From an uncultured Spirochaetota bacterium (lineage in GTDB: Bacteria; Spirochaetota; Spirochaetia; SZUA-6; DRHE01), in NCBI GenBank assembly GCA_963736785.1, contig CAVTQG010000049.1, forward strand, positions 93,532 through 157,531: a stretch of 64,000 nt of DNA. The letters run 5' to 3'. Below the pieces are notes generated by a model, which was not told where the DNA came from, searched no databases, and saw nothing but the letters and a program-made list of their open reading frames with translations. Within the stretch, counting starts at the first letter, position 1, and each line of letters begins with the position of its first letter. Below, in pieces: positions 1 through 10,481 of the stretch. Both the position numbers and the translations under genes were made by a program.

Positions 1-3000
1 CGAGGATCTCATTCGCCGGGTTATATGCATACTCGATGCGCCCCCAGCCGTTGGCCTTGAAAGCCCGGTTGGAACGCTCATCGTAGCCGAACTCTTCGGT
101 CCATACCCGTTGCTGCACCTCCAATCCCCGCCGGCTCTCCGAGATCAGCCCGTAGGCATCCTCCAGCTCCTGCCCTACCTCCCAGGACACCTCCAGCCTG
201 CCGGCAAACTCGGTGGCCCCCTCCCCAATCCCCACCTCCCAGCGGCCCTTCATCGCCTGGCCCGGCTTACGAGAAAAAGATAGCAACTCCTCCTGCAAGT
301 CTTCTCGAAGTCGCCCAGCTTCGCCCCCCTGCAGTGCAGGCAACGCGAAGCTAACCTCCTCTTTCTTCCCCGCTCGAAACTCCGGCCCCAGCCCCAGGGT
401 GAGCCTCTCCTGGAAATCCTCCAGCTTCTTGTCGCTTTCAAACGGATAGCGCACGGCTTTCAGCCGCCCCACCTCGTCGTAATCATAGGCGGTGATCCGG
501 CCGCGCTCATCCACCTGATAACTGCGCTGCCCGGCCGCGTTGTACAAATAGGCCAGTGAGCGCAGCTCCTCATCCCTTGCACCCCGCTCGCCGCGGTTCT
601 TCAGCACCGTCACCCGGCCGGCCGCATCGTAGCGGGTCTCCGTGCTTACTCCATTGGCAAGCCTTCGGCTCACCTCCCGACCCAGTGCGTCGTAGCCGAA
701 GCGGGTTACTCCCCCTTCCGGATCGCTCAGCTCCAGCAGCTCGTTCCGCTTGCCATAGACATAGGCGATCCTGCGCTGATCTTCCAGCCAGCTCAGCTCC
801 AGGCGGTTCCCGGCCGCGTCATAAGAGTAGCCGATCCCCTGCCCGGCGCCGGCATCCTCTGCGTGGACTAACCGGTCCAGCTCGTCGTAGCCGTACTCCA
901 GCCGCCCGCTGGCGTTCTCCGCCCCGATGAGGTTGCCAGCCGCATCGTAGGCGAAGCTCTTCTCCGTGCCCTCCGCATCGTGCACCCTCACCAGCCGGCC
1001 CATAGGATCGTACTCGTACAAGGTGGCCTGCCCGTTGAAGTCCGTCTTGCCGGACAGCTCGCCGTCGGGCTGGTAGGAATAGCTTTGCTCCGAGCCCAGG
1101 CGGTTGCGCTCCCGCACCAGGCGGTTCAGCGAATCGTATTCGTAGCCGTACAGCCCGCCGGAAGCGTCGATCTCGCCGGTCAGGTTGCCCATCGCATCAT
1201 ACAGATATCGGATCGCCTGCCCCAGCGCATTGGTTTTCTTCACCAGACGGTTCAGCGAATCGTATTCATAGGAAGTGGTGCGCTGCAGCTCATCGCGCGC
1301 CACCAGCAGGTTTCCGTTGGGGTCGTACTGAAAGCTTTTCACCTCTCCCAGCGGATCGATCTCCTGCAACAGGCGGCCCAGCTCATCGTATTCGTAGCTC
1401 CTGCGGCCTTCCAGCGCATCGATCACCCCGGCAAGCTGACCCAGGTAGGTGTAGCCGTAGCGCGTGGCGTTTCCATAAGGATCCACCCTTCTAGACAGGC
1501 GGTTCAAGGCATCGTACTCGAAGAGGGTCGTGTTGCCGTTCTCGTCGCTCCTGCCGGTGAGGTTGCCAGCGGGGTCGTAGGCGTATTGCACCACACCGCC
1601 CAAGGCGTCCACCTTTCGGACCAGCCGGCCCAAAAGATCGTACTGGTAGGTAATGCCGTGGCCGTTCTTGTCCGTCCGCCCGGTCAAGAGCCCCCGCGGA
1701 TCATAGTCGAAGCGCTCCTCGGCTCCAACGGCGTCGGTGAGGCGCATGAGCCTGCGCATGGGGTCATACGCGTAGCGGGTCACCTGGCCGTTCTTGTCGG
1801 TCAGCTCGAGCAGGCTGCCCCGGGCATCATAGTCGTATGACCGCGTGTAGCCGTAGGGATCAGTCTCGCGCAGCAGTCGGTTGAGCGCGTCATACTCGAA
1901 CTGCGCGCTCCGGCCCAGGCGGTCGGTAACCGTGATGATTCGCCCCGCGGCGTCGTAACCCCTTAGCTCCGTGTTGCCCTCCGGGTCCCGCAACCACTCC
2001 AGCAACCCCGTACCCGTGTACCCGTATTCGTTGCGGAAACCCTTGGGGTCTGTCAAAGCGACAAGCTGGCCGGCCGTATCGTATTCGTAGCGGACCACCG
2101 CTCCGGTTTCCACCTGGCTCTTGGAGAAGAGCCGACCGCGCGGATCATAGTCATAGCGCGTGCGATTAGCTCCGGCGATGATCTTTTCCACCATTTTCCC
2201 ATCGCCGCGGTACAGATACTCCACGGTTTCTCCCAGCGGGTTGGTGGCCTTGCGCAGCAGGTGGCGCTTGTCGTATTCGAACTGGGTGCGATTCCCGTTC
2301 TTGTCCACAACCATGACCAAGTCTTTGCGATTGCTGTATTGGTAGCGCTCCTCGCAGCCCAGCGCGTCGAGGACGCGCACCATCTTGTTGTCGCCGTTGT
2401 ACTCGTAGCGGATTGTCGCTCCTGCCGGATCGGTATAGGCCATCACGTTGCCAAGCGCGTCGTTCTCGAAGTGCTTTTCGGCTCCCCCGGCATCGCGCAC
2501 CAGGCTCACGTACCCATTCGCGTCGTAACCGTATTCGGTCCGGAATCCCAACGGATCGGTGAATGCCGTCACCTGTCCCCGGCTGTCGTAGGCGTAGCTG
2601 ACACGGGAATTTCCCGGATGGCGGATCTCCAACAGATTGCCCTGGCTGTCGTAAAGGTAGTCGGTGGAGTAGCCCAGCTTGTCGGTGTAGGAATCGATCT
2701 TATTGAAGGCGGTGTAGCTCCACCGCTCCACGGCGCCCTCCGCATCGATGGCCTCGATCCTGTTGCGCCGCTCGTCGTAGCTATAACGGGTGACCCGGCC
2801 CAGCGGATCAGTTTCGCGCACCAGGTTGTCCATTGCGTCGTATTGCCGGTCCACGGCGCTGCCGTCAGCGTATTCTACGCGCGTGATGCGGTAGCGCTCA
2901 TCGTAGTGATAACGCTCCAGAACCCCGGAGGCGTTGATGTACTCCGTATATCGCTGCTGGGGGTAGTAACGGAATTGCTCGATGTGGCCTTCCTCATCGC

Positions 3001-5089
3001 GGGTACGATCCACCACCATCCGGCCGTCCAGCTCGACGTAGGAATACTCCTGAAAGCTGTCGTCAGGTTTGATCACCGTTGTGAGCAGCGGACCGCTGTA
3101 GCGATAGCGTACGGTGTGTCCCTCCCCATCGGTCACCTCCGCCAGCCGGCCTGCGGCGTCATAGCCGTAGCGGAAGTTGCGCCCAAGCGGATCAATGATC
3201 CCCACGATTCTGCCGCCTTCCCGCTGCAGGCTCATGGAGCGGCCGAAGCCGTCGCTGACCCGTTCCAGATGCCCAGCATCCGAGTACGCCAGCGAAATTG
3301 TGTTCGAGTTGGTGTCCATGATCGCAGTTAGACGCCCCAGGTAGTCGTAGCGGTAGGCTGTGCCGTCCTTGCGGGTGCGCAGGAAGCCGCCCTCCTGCAG
3401 CAGCCTGAGGGTATCCTCGGTGGGCAGCGCCGGGGTCAGCGAGGAACCGGAGGGATAATAGTTGAGCGTGCCATCCGGCAGCCTCTGCCCGGACTCATAA
3501 TCCGGCTGCTCGTCCAGGAGAAACAGCAGGGCCACCCCGTTTTCGTCGATGAGGCTGAGCGCTCCGTTTCCGGTGCGCTGCAGGCTGGCGCGGTCCGTCT
3601 CGTCGACCACGTACCGGTTGAGCCCGGCATTGGCCGAAGCCAGCGCCGCCTCGCGGTCGGCTTGCTCCGCCAAAGCCCTCAATTCCAGGCCGGCAACGCG
3701 GATCCCATCGATCTGGAAACCGCTTGCCTGAAGCTGGTCCCGCGCGGCCGAAAGCGAGGCCAGCAGTGCCTGCGCCTGGGCATATGCGGCCTGCGCTCCC
3801 GCCAGCGCCGCGCTAGCCCGGTTTATCAGCGAGCTGTTGTTGACGCCCTGAGCTTTCTGCAGCGCTGTTTGTGCCGCGCCCACCGCGGCGCTCGCCGCCT
3901 GTACCGCCTCAGCCGTTTGGGGGATGGCAGTAGAAAACACCTGCATTGAGCGCAGGTACTCGGCGTGAAGTCGCTGGTAGCTTTGCTCCGCTTGGGCCGC
4001 ATCGCTCCACAGTGCCGCGGCCTGAGCCGCGGCATCGGGCTTCACCCCCCGGACGATGCGGGTGTCGTAGTTGAAGGTCCATCCCGGACCGAAGGAGCGT
4101 GCCCCTTGGCGGTTGCTCTGGTAGCTGCGCGACACCTGAATAGTCATGCGAGCGAAGCGGTAGCTAAGATCCTCGACGGCTAGGGAAGAAGCTCCCCGTA
4201 GCCAGGCGCACCGGGTCCCCTGCCGTGGGTGTGCCGTCCGCCAATGCGATATCCGCTTCGGTCCCTTGGGCCTGGGTTTGGCTTTCCGCAGCCTCTTGGG
4301 CGCGCGCCACGGCTTGATCCTGTGCTTCTTGAGCAGCTTCCAGCTCATGAGCGGCATCCGCTGCGGCCTGCTGGGCTCGTGCGATCTCCTGGCCACTCGC
4401 CCCTGTTTCCACCGCTTCCTGAAGGTCGTGCAAGGCTCATTCCAGAGCCGCCTCTGCCGCAGTGACCGCCTGCTGCGCTTGCGCTAATTGCTGCTGATCA
4501 TCGCCGTCTGGAGGCTCAGTAGGCGGGGGGCCAGGCGGAGGTGCGCCCTTGTTATGCACCAGAATGCCGTTGGCGAAGAAGTTGGAGTTGCCGCTGATGC
4601 CCGCCAGGTTGTAGGTCTGGACCCCCTGCCGCACCTCCTCGATCCCGGCAACTGCGACCGCCTGCAATCCATTGTCTGTGTGCCTGTAGACGCTATCGCC
4701 CACCTGCAGCAGGCTTACTTCCAGGCCGTAGCGCTGGCGGGTCAAGTCCGGAAGGTAGGAAGCCCAGCCCTTGCCGAGCACATAGTAGGGTTCGGTGTTG
4801 GTGTTCTGGTTCACCGTGCCGTCGCTGAACGATATCCGGATTGTGAAGTCCTCCCCGACTCCGGTGTGGTACAGGCCGATGACGCGCAGCACTTCCTGTG
4901 GTTCCAACTCCATGGTATCGAGGTTGAGGGTAAGGACGCGTTGACCTGCGACGATATCCTCGATGGGAACGGAGGTACGTGTCGGCTAAGAGGATTTGGG
5001 TGCCGGCTATGAAGCAATCGACCTACTTCAAGCTCAGCCCACACCCTGCCGGAGAGCGCACCGATAAGTAGCGCGACGGCCGCGATCAT
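1..5089 (-). CDS. RHS/YD-repeat family protein, partial (C-terminus beyond the left edge). The N-terminal region carries a signal peptide and a Hint (intein-like) domain, and is disrupted by frame changes and an in-frame TGA.
   Basis: Minus-strand frame with codon tops at n = 1 mod 3 is open from ~4198 to position 1. Translation gives the RHS-start motif (DPVRLATGSFF in the neighbouring frame, then LAVEDLSY ... RSYQSNRQGARSFGPGWTFNYD) followed by YD repeats such as YEYDSLNRLV and RYDYLGRL. The plus-strand ORFs 980..1840 and 2261..3331 are its antisense shadows (repeated QRIVF). Upstream frame (4437..4985): VPIEDIVAGQRVL ... FFANGILVHN. A signal-peptide-like ORF MMIAAVALLIGALSGRVWA begins at 5089. 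Joining these needs a frame change near 4975-4990, read-through of a TGA at 4437-4439, and a +1 shift in the run ttcttcCctagc near 4185. Confidence 0.75.
4437..4985 (-). other. Hint / bacterial intein-like (BIL) domain segment, N-terminal to the RHS repeats. Its N-terminal block is interrupted by two TAG codons (4986-4988, 5007-5009).
   Basis: Translation: ...PIEDIVAGQRVLTLNLDTMELEPQEVLRVIGLYHTGVGEDFTIRISFSDGTVNQ...VGDSVYRHTDNGLQAVAVAGIEEVRQGVQTYNLAGISGNSNFFANGILVHNKG. It ends in the canonical Hint C-terminal motif (NGILVHN). A Pro-rich linker (PPPGPPPTEPP) and an A/Q/E-rich low-complexity tract follow, and the tract continues across the TGA at 4437-4439. Confidence 0.6.
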
Positions 5090-5148
5090 CACGGCACGCG
5101 GGAGGTGTCACTCTGAAACAGGCCTGGAACCTTGGCTCTCACACGCAT
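5089..5148 (-). CDS. 19-codon leader ORF (MRVRAKVPGLFQSDTSRVP) translationally coupled to the RHS signal-peptide ORF
   Basis: ATG at 5148 is preceded by AAGGAG at -7. Its TGA stop (5089-5091) overlaps by 1 nt the ATG (5087-5089) of the downstream signal-peptide ORF (tgATG arrangement). It lies downstream of the TTGCAT-N17-TAGAAT promoter. Confidence 0.3.
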   Translation of the reverse strand: MRVRAKVPGLFQSDTSRVP

Positions 5149-5237
5149 GGTACGCTCCTTGCACATCTGCGAAGGAAGTTCTACCTCATGGTTGAGCGCT
5201 GAATTTCTGCAGGCTATCGATTCTATTCTTGGGACAT

Positions 5238-5266
5238 ATTCTATACCCGGCGAAGAAGAAATGCAA
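5238..5266 (-). promoter_or_regulatory. Sigma70-like promoter for the leader ORF and RHS gene
   Basis: On the minus strand: TTGCAT (5261-5266), 17-nt spacer, TAGAAT (5238-5243). A second TAGAAT copy lies 12 nt downstream. The region is locally AT-rich in a ~70% GC background. Confidence 0.45.
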
Positions 5267-5361
5267 ATTTTCCGCCGTTGTGGCCATCAGTGAAGGATGG
5301 GGATGGCCCGGGCCTGGAGGGCTCTGAGACCGCCGGAAGGCGCGCTGAACGCGAGGCGCGC

Positions 5362-6868
5362 CTACCGCACCACCGCCTTCTGGCTCAGGTCCTGGGCGTC
5401 CAAGGCCAGGATGTCCCGCGCGGCGGAGCTCACGTACACCCGGTCGGCGAACAGGGAAAGGCTGGAATCCCGGTCCACGGCCACGGAGCTGGAGGCGGCC
5501 AGCTTGAGGTTCTCGTCGAAGCGCCCCAGCCGGAACTCGTTGCCGCTCTTCAGCACCGCGTAGATCGCCCCGCCCTGGATCAGCACGAAGCTCTCCGCGT
5601 ACACCTCTTCGGAGCAGCGCTTCACCGGCTCCAGGGTGAGGGGATTGAGCAGCAGCAGGTGCGCCGCAGCGCCGGCCGATCCTTCCTGGGCCACCACCAG
5701 CAGGGAATCCTTGAAGAAGTGGAAGGCCCGGCCCCGCACGTAGGCCACCGGCGAGGTGAGCTTCACGCTGGGAGGGCCGGGGTCCAGGATCGACAGGGTG
5801 CCGCTGATCGAGCCGGAGGCGCTCGCGCGGGCGCACCTTCAGGAAGTAGAGCTGGTCGGCCAGGGCGAAGGCGCCCGCCGCCGCGGCGCCGGTCCCGGCC
5901 CCCGCGGTCTCCCGGGCCTTCTCATCGGCGATGATCCCGCCGCGCTCCTCGGCCACCTCCGCCTCCTTGGCGGCGACCTCGGCCTGCTTTTCGGCCACCG
6001 CCGCCTCGGCCCGCTTCACCTCCTCCTCCTGCCGGGCCACCTCCTCCTGGGCCCGGGCTTTCTCCTCCGGGGTGGTCGCCGCGGCCAGCTCCGCCTGCTT
6101 CTGCTCCAGCTCGGCCTTCTCCCCGGCCAGGTCCTTCTGTGCCTCCTGGACCTCGGCCTGCTTTTCCTCGATTTCGCGCTCTTTCAGCTCCACCATGTCC
6201 TTGCGCTCCTCCAGGCCCTGGTCCGGCTGGCGGCGCAGCTCCTCGATCACCTCCTTCTCCGTGAGCTCCGTGGTGGACAGGCTGCCCAGGCGGCCCTCGG
6301 CCGCTCCGGTGGCGAGGGGGACCAGCAGGCGGGTGGCGCCGGGCCACTCGTAATAGCGCGTGGAAATCCCCGCGTTCTGCGGGGTCAGGTGGGACATGAC
6401 CACCGCCTTGTACTTCTGCCCGAAATAGCCAAGGTTGCCGCGGTACACGGCATTGTAAACCGTGGCGAAGCGGGCCAGCAGGCGGGCATCCGAGGCGTTG
6501 TAGGCGAAGGCTCCCTCCAGGTAGCCGGCCAGGATGCGCCGCACGTTTTCGATGTGGTCGACCCGGGCCGCAGCCTCGATGGACAGGATGTCCGCGTCGA
6601 ACTTGCCCTGCTCGCGCGGATCCAGCGCGCGCAGGATCCGGTACTTGTCCAGAAACCGGCCCGCGTTCCCATCCTGCTGCAGGCTGCCGGCCAGCAGGAA
6701 GCCGATGGCCTTGATCTCCTCGGCCGTGTCCACGCGCTCGTAGGGCCCGGAGTAGTTCTCGAACTCGATCTCCTGGCCCGCACTGCGCAGCTCCTCCTCG
6801 GCCACCTGCTGGGCCCCGGCAGGCAATCCCAGCGCCAGCAGAATCCCGAACACCAGGCACGCTTTCAT
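5362..6868 (-). CDS. Secreted coiled-coil protein of unknown function (frame shift near 5830)
   Basis: N-terminus MKACLVFGILLALGLPAGAQQ (signal peptide). Central E/K/A-rich heptad-like tract (KEREIEEKQAEVQEAQKDLAGEKAELEQKQAEL...). A coherent C-terminus (…SPVAYVRGRAFHFFKDSLLVVAQEG…DAQDLSQKAVVR*) is only reached by switching to the frame of ORF 5362..5766 near 5830. ATGA overlap with the upstream gene at 6865-6868. Confidence 0.6.
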
Positions 6869-8578
6869 GGCAGCCTCCTTTGCAGCTCCTTCAAGATCAG
6901 GCGGGCCCGCTCGGCCACCCGCCGGGAACCTCTGGCGGCCAGCTCGGCCAGGGCCCGGAAATCCTCCGGCGCGGTCCGTCCGGGGCCTTCGCCCAGGATA
7001 CGGGCCAGCGCCTCCAGCCCGCCCAGCACCAGCGCCTCCTCGGCGTCCGGCCGCCGCGCCTCGCGGGACAGCAGGCGCCCCAACTCCCCGTCCGGGTCCG
7101 CGCCGATGCGGCCCAGGGCCTGGAAGGCGGCCAGCCGCGCGGATAGGTCCGTCTCGCGCTGAACGGCGTCCAGCAGGACCCGGCGGGCCCCTTCGGAGGC
7201 GAGGTCGCCCAGCAGGAGGTAAGCACGCGCACGCACCCGCGGGTAGGCGGGCAGCCGCGCGCCGGAGCTGCGGGCCAGGACGGTGACCCCCTCCGCGGTC
7301 AGGGCGCCCAGGACCCCCTCCAGCACCGCCAGGTGCACGGGCAGGAAGCGCTCGCCGGACAGGTGACGCTGCACGTCATCCAGGGCCTGCTGCTTCAGCG
7401 CCTCCTCCTCGGCGAAGGCCAGCTCCCGCAGGGCCAGGGTGGCCGGCCCTTCCAGGTCCGTCAGCCCGCCGGAGCGCCCGGTGTGCTGCACGTCGTGGTG
7501 GGCCATGGGCCAGGCGCTCGCCGCCGGGCCGGCCGCCGGGCCGGCCCCGGGGCCCGCCGCCTGTGCCCGCAGGCAGTACAGGACCCAGTCCTCGGAGCCC
7601 AGGTACAGGCTCCCGTCCGGGGCCAGCGCCGCCTGCTGCGCCTGCTCCCCGGCCTCGAAGCTGCCGGCCGGCTCCAGGCCCCCGTCGCGGACGCGCAGGA
7701 CCAGCAGGCTCCGGGCCGCAGTAGCCGCTATTACAGTATCGTCACCTGCGGCTATTGCGGCATAGCGCACCGGCGCCTCCAGGGCCAGCTCGGCCAGCCG
7801 CGCTCCCTCCGCCGACAGCAGGTACACCTTGCCGTTGGCGGCGCCGGCGAAGATCGTGCCGTCCGGCCGCAGCACGGGCTGGGCGGTCTCGGCCGGGATG
7901 GGGTAGCTCCACAGCAGGGCGCCTTGGGGCGAGAGGCGGTGAATCCCGGCCGCGCCGATCAGGATCGTGCCGTCGGCGTCCGCCGTCGGGGCGCTCACCC
8001 GCCCGGGCAGGGCCACCTCCCAGCGGCGCTCCCCCGTCGGGGCCAGGGCCAAGCAGGCGCCGGTCGGCGGTGGCCAGGTACAGGGTGCCGTCCGGGCCGA
8101 TGGCCGGCGCCGCGGCGGCCTCGGCCCTTAGCTGATAGCGCCAGCGCTCCTCGCCGCGCCAGCTCAGGGCGAACAGGGTGTCGCCGGCCGGCAGGTAGAT
8201 GGTGCCATCCTGCCCCAGGGCGGGGGTGAGCGCGGGCCGGGAAGGGGCGGTGAAGCTCCAGCGGGCCCGGCCGCCCGGACTCACCGCCCACAGGCGCCCG
8301 CTGGCGGTGCCGGCCAGCACGGTTCCGTCGTAGGCCACCACGGGGCTGGCCGAGGGCCGGGAACCCAGGGGGAATCTCCAGCGCTCGGCCCCCCCGGGGT
8401 CGACGGCGTACAGGAAGCGGTCCGCGGAGGCCAGGTACAGGGTGCCCCGGTGGTCGAGCGCCGGCCGGAAAAGCAGGGCGCCGCCGGTCACGAAGCGCCA
8501 GGACAGGCGCAGGGCCTGCCCGTCCGCCGCCCGGCCGGCCAGGGAAAACAATAGGATGCTAAGGAGCAAGGACTTCAT
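6865..8578 (-). CDS. Secreted PQQ-like beta-propeller repeat protein with a C-terminal HEAT-like repeat region (frame shift near 8050)
   Basis: Signal peptide MKSLLLSILLFSLAGRAADGQA. Repeated DGT[LI]Y[LA]…DGxLYAV motifs are typical of PQQ/BamB-like propellers in both ORF 7742..8578 and ORF 6865..8052, and the two overlap in different frames. The C-terminus carries helical repeats (LAARGSRRVAERARLILKEL). Confidence 0.6.
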
Positions 8579-8584
8579 TGCCGA

Positions 8585-10433
8585 TTGGAATCGTATATAC
8601 CCGAAAAACTAAATGCAAGGGAAAGGGAGCCGGCTACGATCTTTTCGGAAGTGATCCTGAAGGTCTTCGAGGAGTTCTCCGACGGCTTCCTCGTGCTCAA
8701 TCCCAAGGGCGAGATCATCTTCTTCAATGAAGTGCTCCTGCGGCTGACCGGCTGGAGGAGCAAGGACATCCTGAGCGAGGGCCGCTTCATCGCCCACCTG
8801 AACCTGTCCAACGCCCGCAAGGCGGAGCAGCCGATCCTCCTGCCCCGCCCCCAGGCCGAGGCGCAGCACCTGCGGGCCGTGGCCTTCGACGTGGACAGCG
8901 AGAGCGGCACCTATACCCTGGTGCGCCTGCGCAAGGACAGCGGCCTGGCGGCCGGCAACGGCGAGCGCTTCGAGCAGCTGTTCCGCCAGATCGGCGATCC
9001 CATGCTCAGCGCCAACCTGCGCGGCCGGGTCATCGCCGCCAACCCCGCCTTCTACAACCTGGTGGACCAGAGCCCGGAGGAGCCCATCGAGGACATCGCC
9101 GAGCTGTACGTGTACCGGGAGGAGCTGGAGGACAAGCTGCTGCGCCTGCTGGAAGCCGACGCGGTCTTCAACCTGGAGACCCACCTGTACGGCCGCGAGC
9201 GGGCGGTGAAGCGGGTCTTGGACTCCTCCTGGGTCATCCGCGACTCCCGCGGGGTGGTCACCGGCTACACCAGCCAGCTCAAGGACGTTTCCTACCTGCG
9301 CAACCTGGAAGCGCGGCTGATGATCTCGGAGCGCAACCACGCCCTGCTGTTCGACACCATCCTGTCCTCGATCATCATCGTGGACCCCCTGGGCCGGATC
9401 GTGAACTGGAACTACACCGCCGAGCAGCTCTACGGCTACGGCCGCGAGGAGGTCATGGGCGAGGAGTACGACTCCCTCTTCCGCTCCTCCCGGCAGCGGC
9501 CGGCCATTGCCGGCCATCTTCAAGCTGGTGGATCAGAACCAGGGCCGCCACCTGGAGGCCGAGGTGCCGCGACGGCGCAAGGACGGCTCCACGATCTACA
9601 CCTACGCCTCCTACTCCTCCATCCAGAACACCTCCGGGGAGACCATCGCCTACTCGGTGATCGAGAAGGACCTCACCGAGCGGGTCAATCTGGAAAACAA
9701 GCTCAAGGAATCCCTGGACCGGCTGCAGGAGACGCAGTCCGCGGCCATCCTGGGCTTCGCCCGCCTGACCGAGTACCGGGACAAGGACACGGGCAAGCAC
9801 CTGCGCCGCATCCGCGAGTACGTGCGGGTGCTGGCCATCAGCCTGAAGAACCGCCCGCAGTACCGCGGCTACATCAGCGACCGCTACATCGAGGACCTGT
9901 GCCTGTCCTCGGTGCTGCACGACGTGGGCAAGGTGGCCATCTCGGACACGATATTGTTGAAGCCCGGGAAACTCACCAGCGAGGAGTTCACCCGCATCAA
10001 GGACCACTCCCGCATGGGCGGGGACGCGCTGCGCGACGTGGACCACGAGCTGAAGCGCGAGAGCTTCCTCACCCTGGGCAAGGAGATCGCCTACTACCAC
10101 CACGAGCGCTGGGACGGCAAGGGCTACCCCGAAGGCCGCCGCGGCGAGCAGATCCCGCTGTCCGCCCGCATCGTGGCTCTGGCCGACGTGTACGACGCGC
10201 TCACCAGCGACCGGCCCTACAAGAAGGCCTTTGGGCATCGCGAATCGGTGGCCATCATCGCCGAAGGCCGGGGCACCCAGTTCGATCCGGAACTGGTGGA
10301 CGCCTTCCTCGCCAACGAGGAGGTGTTCGACCGCATCCGCATGTTCCAGGAATTCGAGGAACACCCCGAGAGCATCGAGCAGCTGCTGCAGGGCAGCATC
10401 CGGCCTCTGGCGGACACTGCCGAAGCCGGCTGA
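8585..10433 (+). CDS. PAS-domain sensor with an HD-GYP phosphodiesterase domain (c-di-GMP signalling); frame shift near 9500
   Basis: The N-terminal half has PAS-like segments (FLVLNPKGEIIFFNEVLLRLTGW; IIVDPLGRIVNWNYTAEQLYGYGREEV). The C-terminal ORF (9507..10433) has HD-GYP signatures (LHDVGK…; YHHERWDGKGYP). The start is a TTG at 8585 without an obvious RBS, so the start is uncertain. Confidence 0.6.
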
Positions 10434-10481
10434 GCGGCACGCCACTCACGCCCGGATAGCCGCCGGCCGGCCACCCCTCCC

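Noticed and set aside
980-3331. Plus-strand ORFs 980..1840 and 2261..3331
   Set aside because: Antisense shadows of the RHS YD repeats (repeated QRIVF, the reverse translation of YD motifs). The minus-strand frame is continuously open and encodes canonical RHS repeats.
4437-4439. In-frame TGA between the Hint linker and the RHS N-terminus, as a possible selenocysteine or programmed read-through codon
   Set aside because: No SECIS-like structure is evident. The codon sits in a low-complexity A/Q/E linker where Sec has no plausible role. The contig is riddled with indel or substitution errors, so an error or genuine nonsense mutation is more parsimonious.
5756-7286. ORFs 5756..7162 (+), 5922..6860 (-), 6867..7286 (+), 6897..7232 (-)
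   Set aside because: Overlapping open frames in GC-rich coding DNA of the two secreted-protein genes, with no domain motifs.
10434-10481. Palindrome GCCGGCCGGC between the convergent HD-GYP and J-domain genes
   Set aside because: A short GC palindrome of a kind expected by chance in 70% GC DNA. No flanking T-run. Not reported as a terminator.
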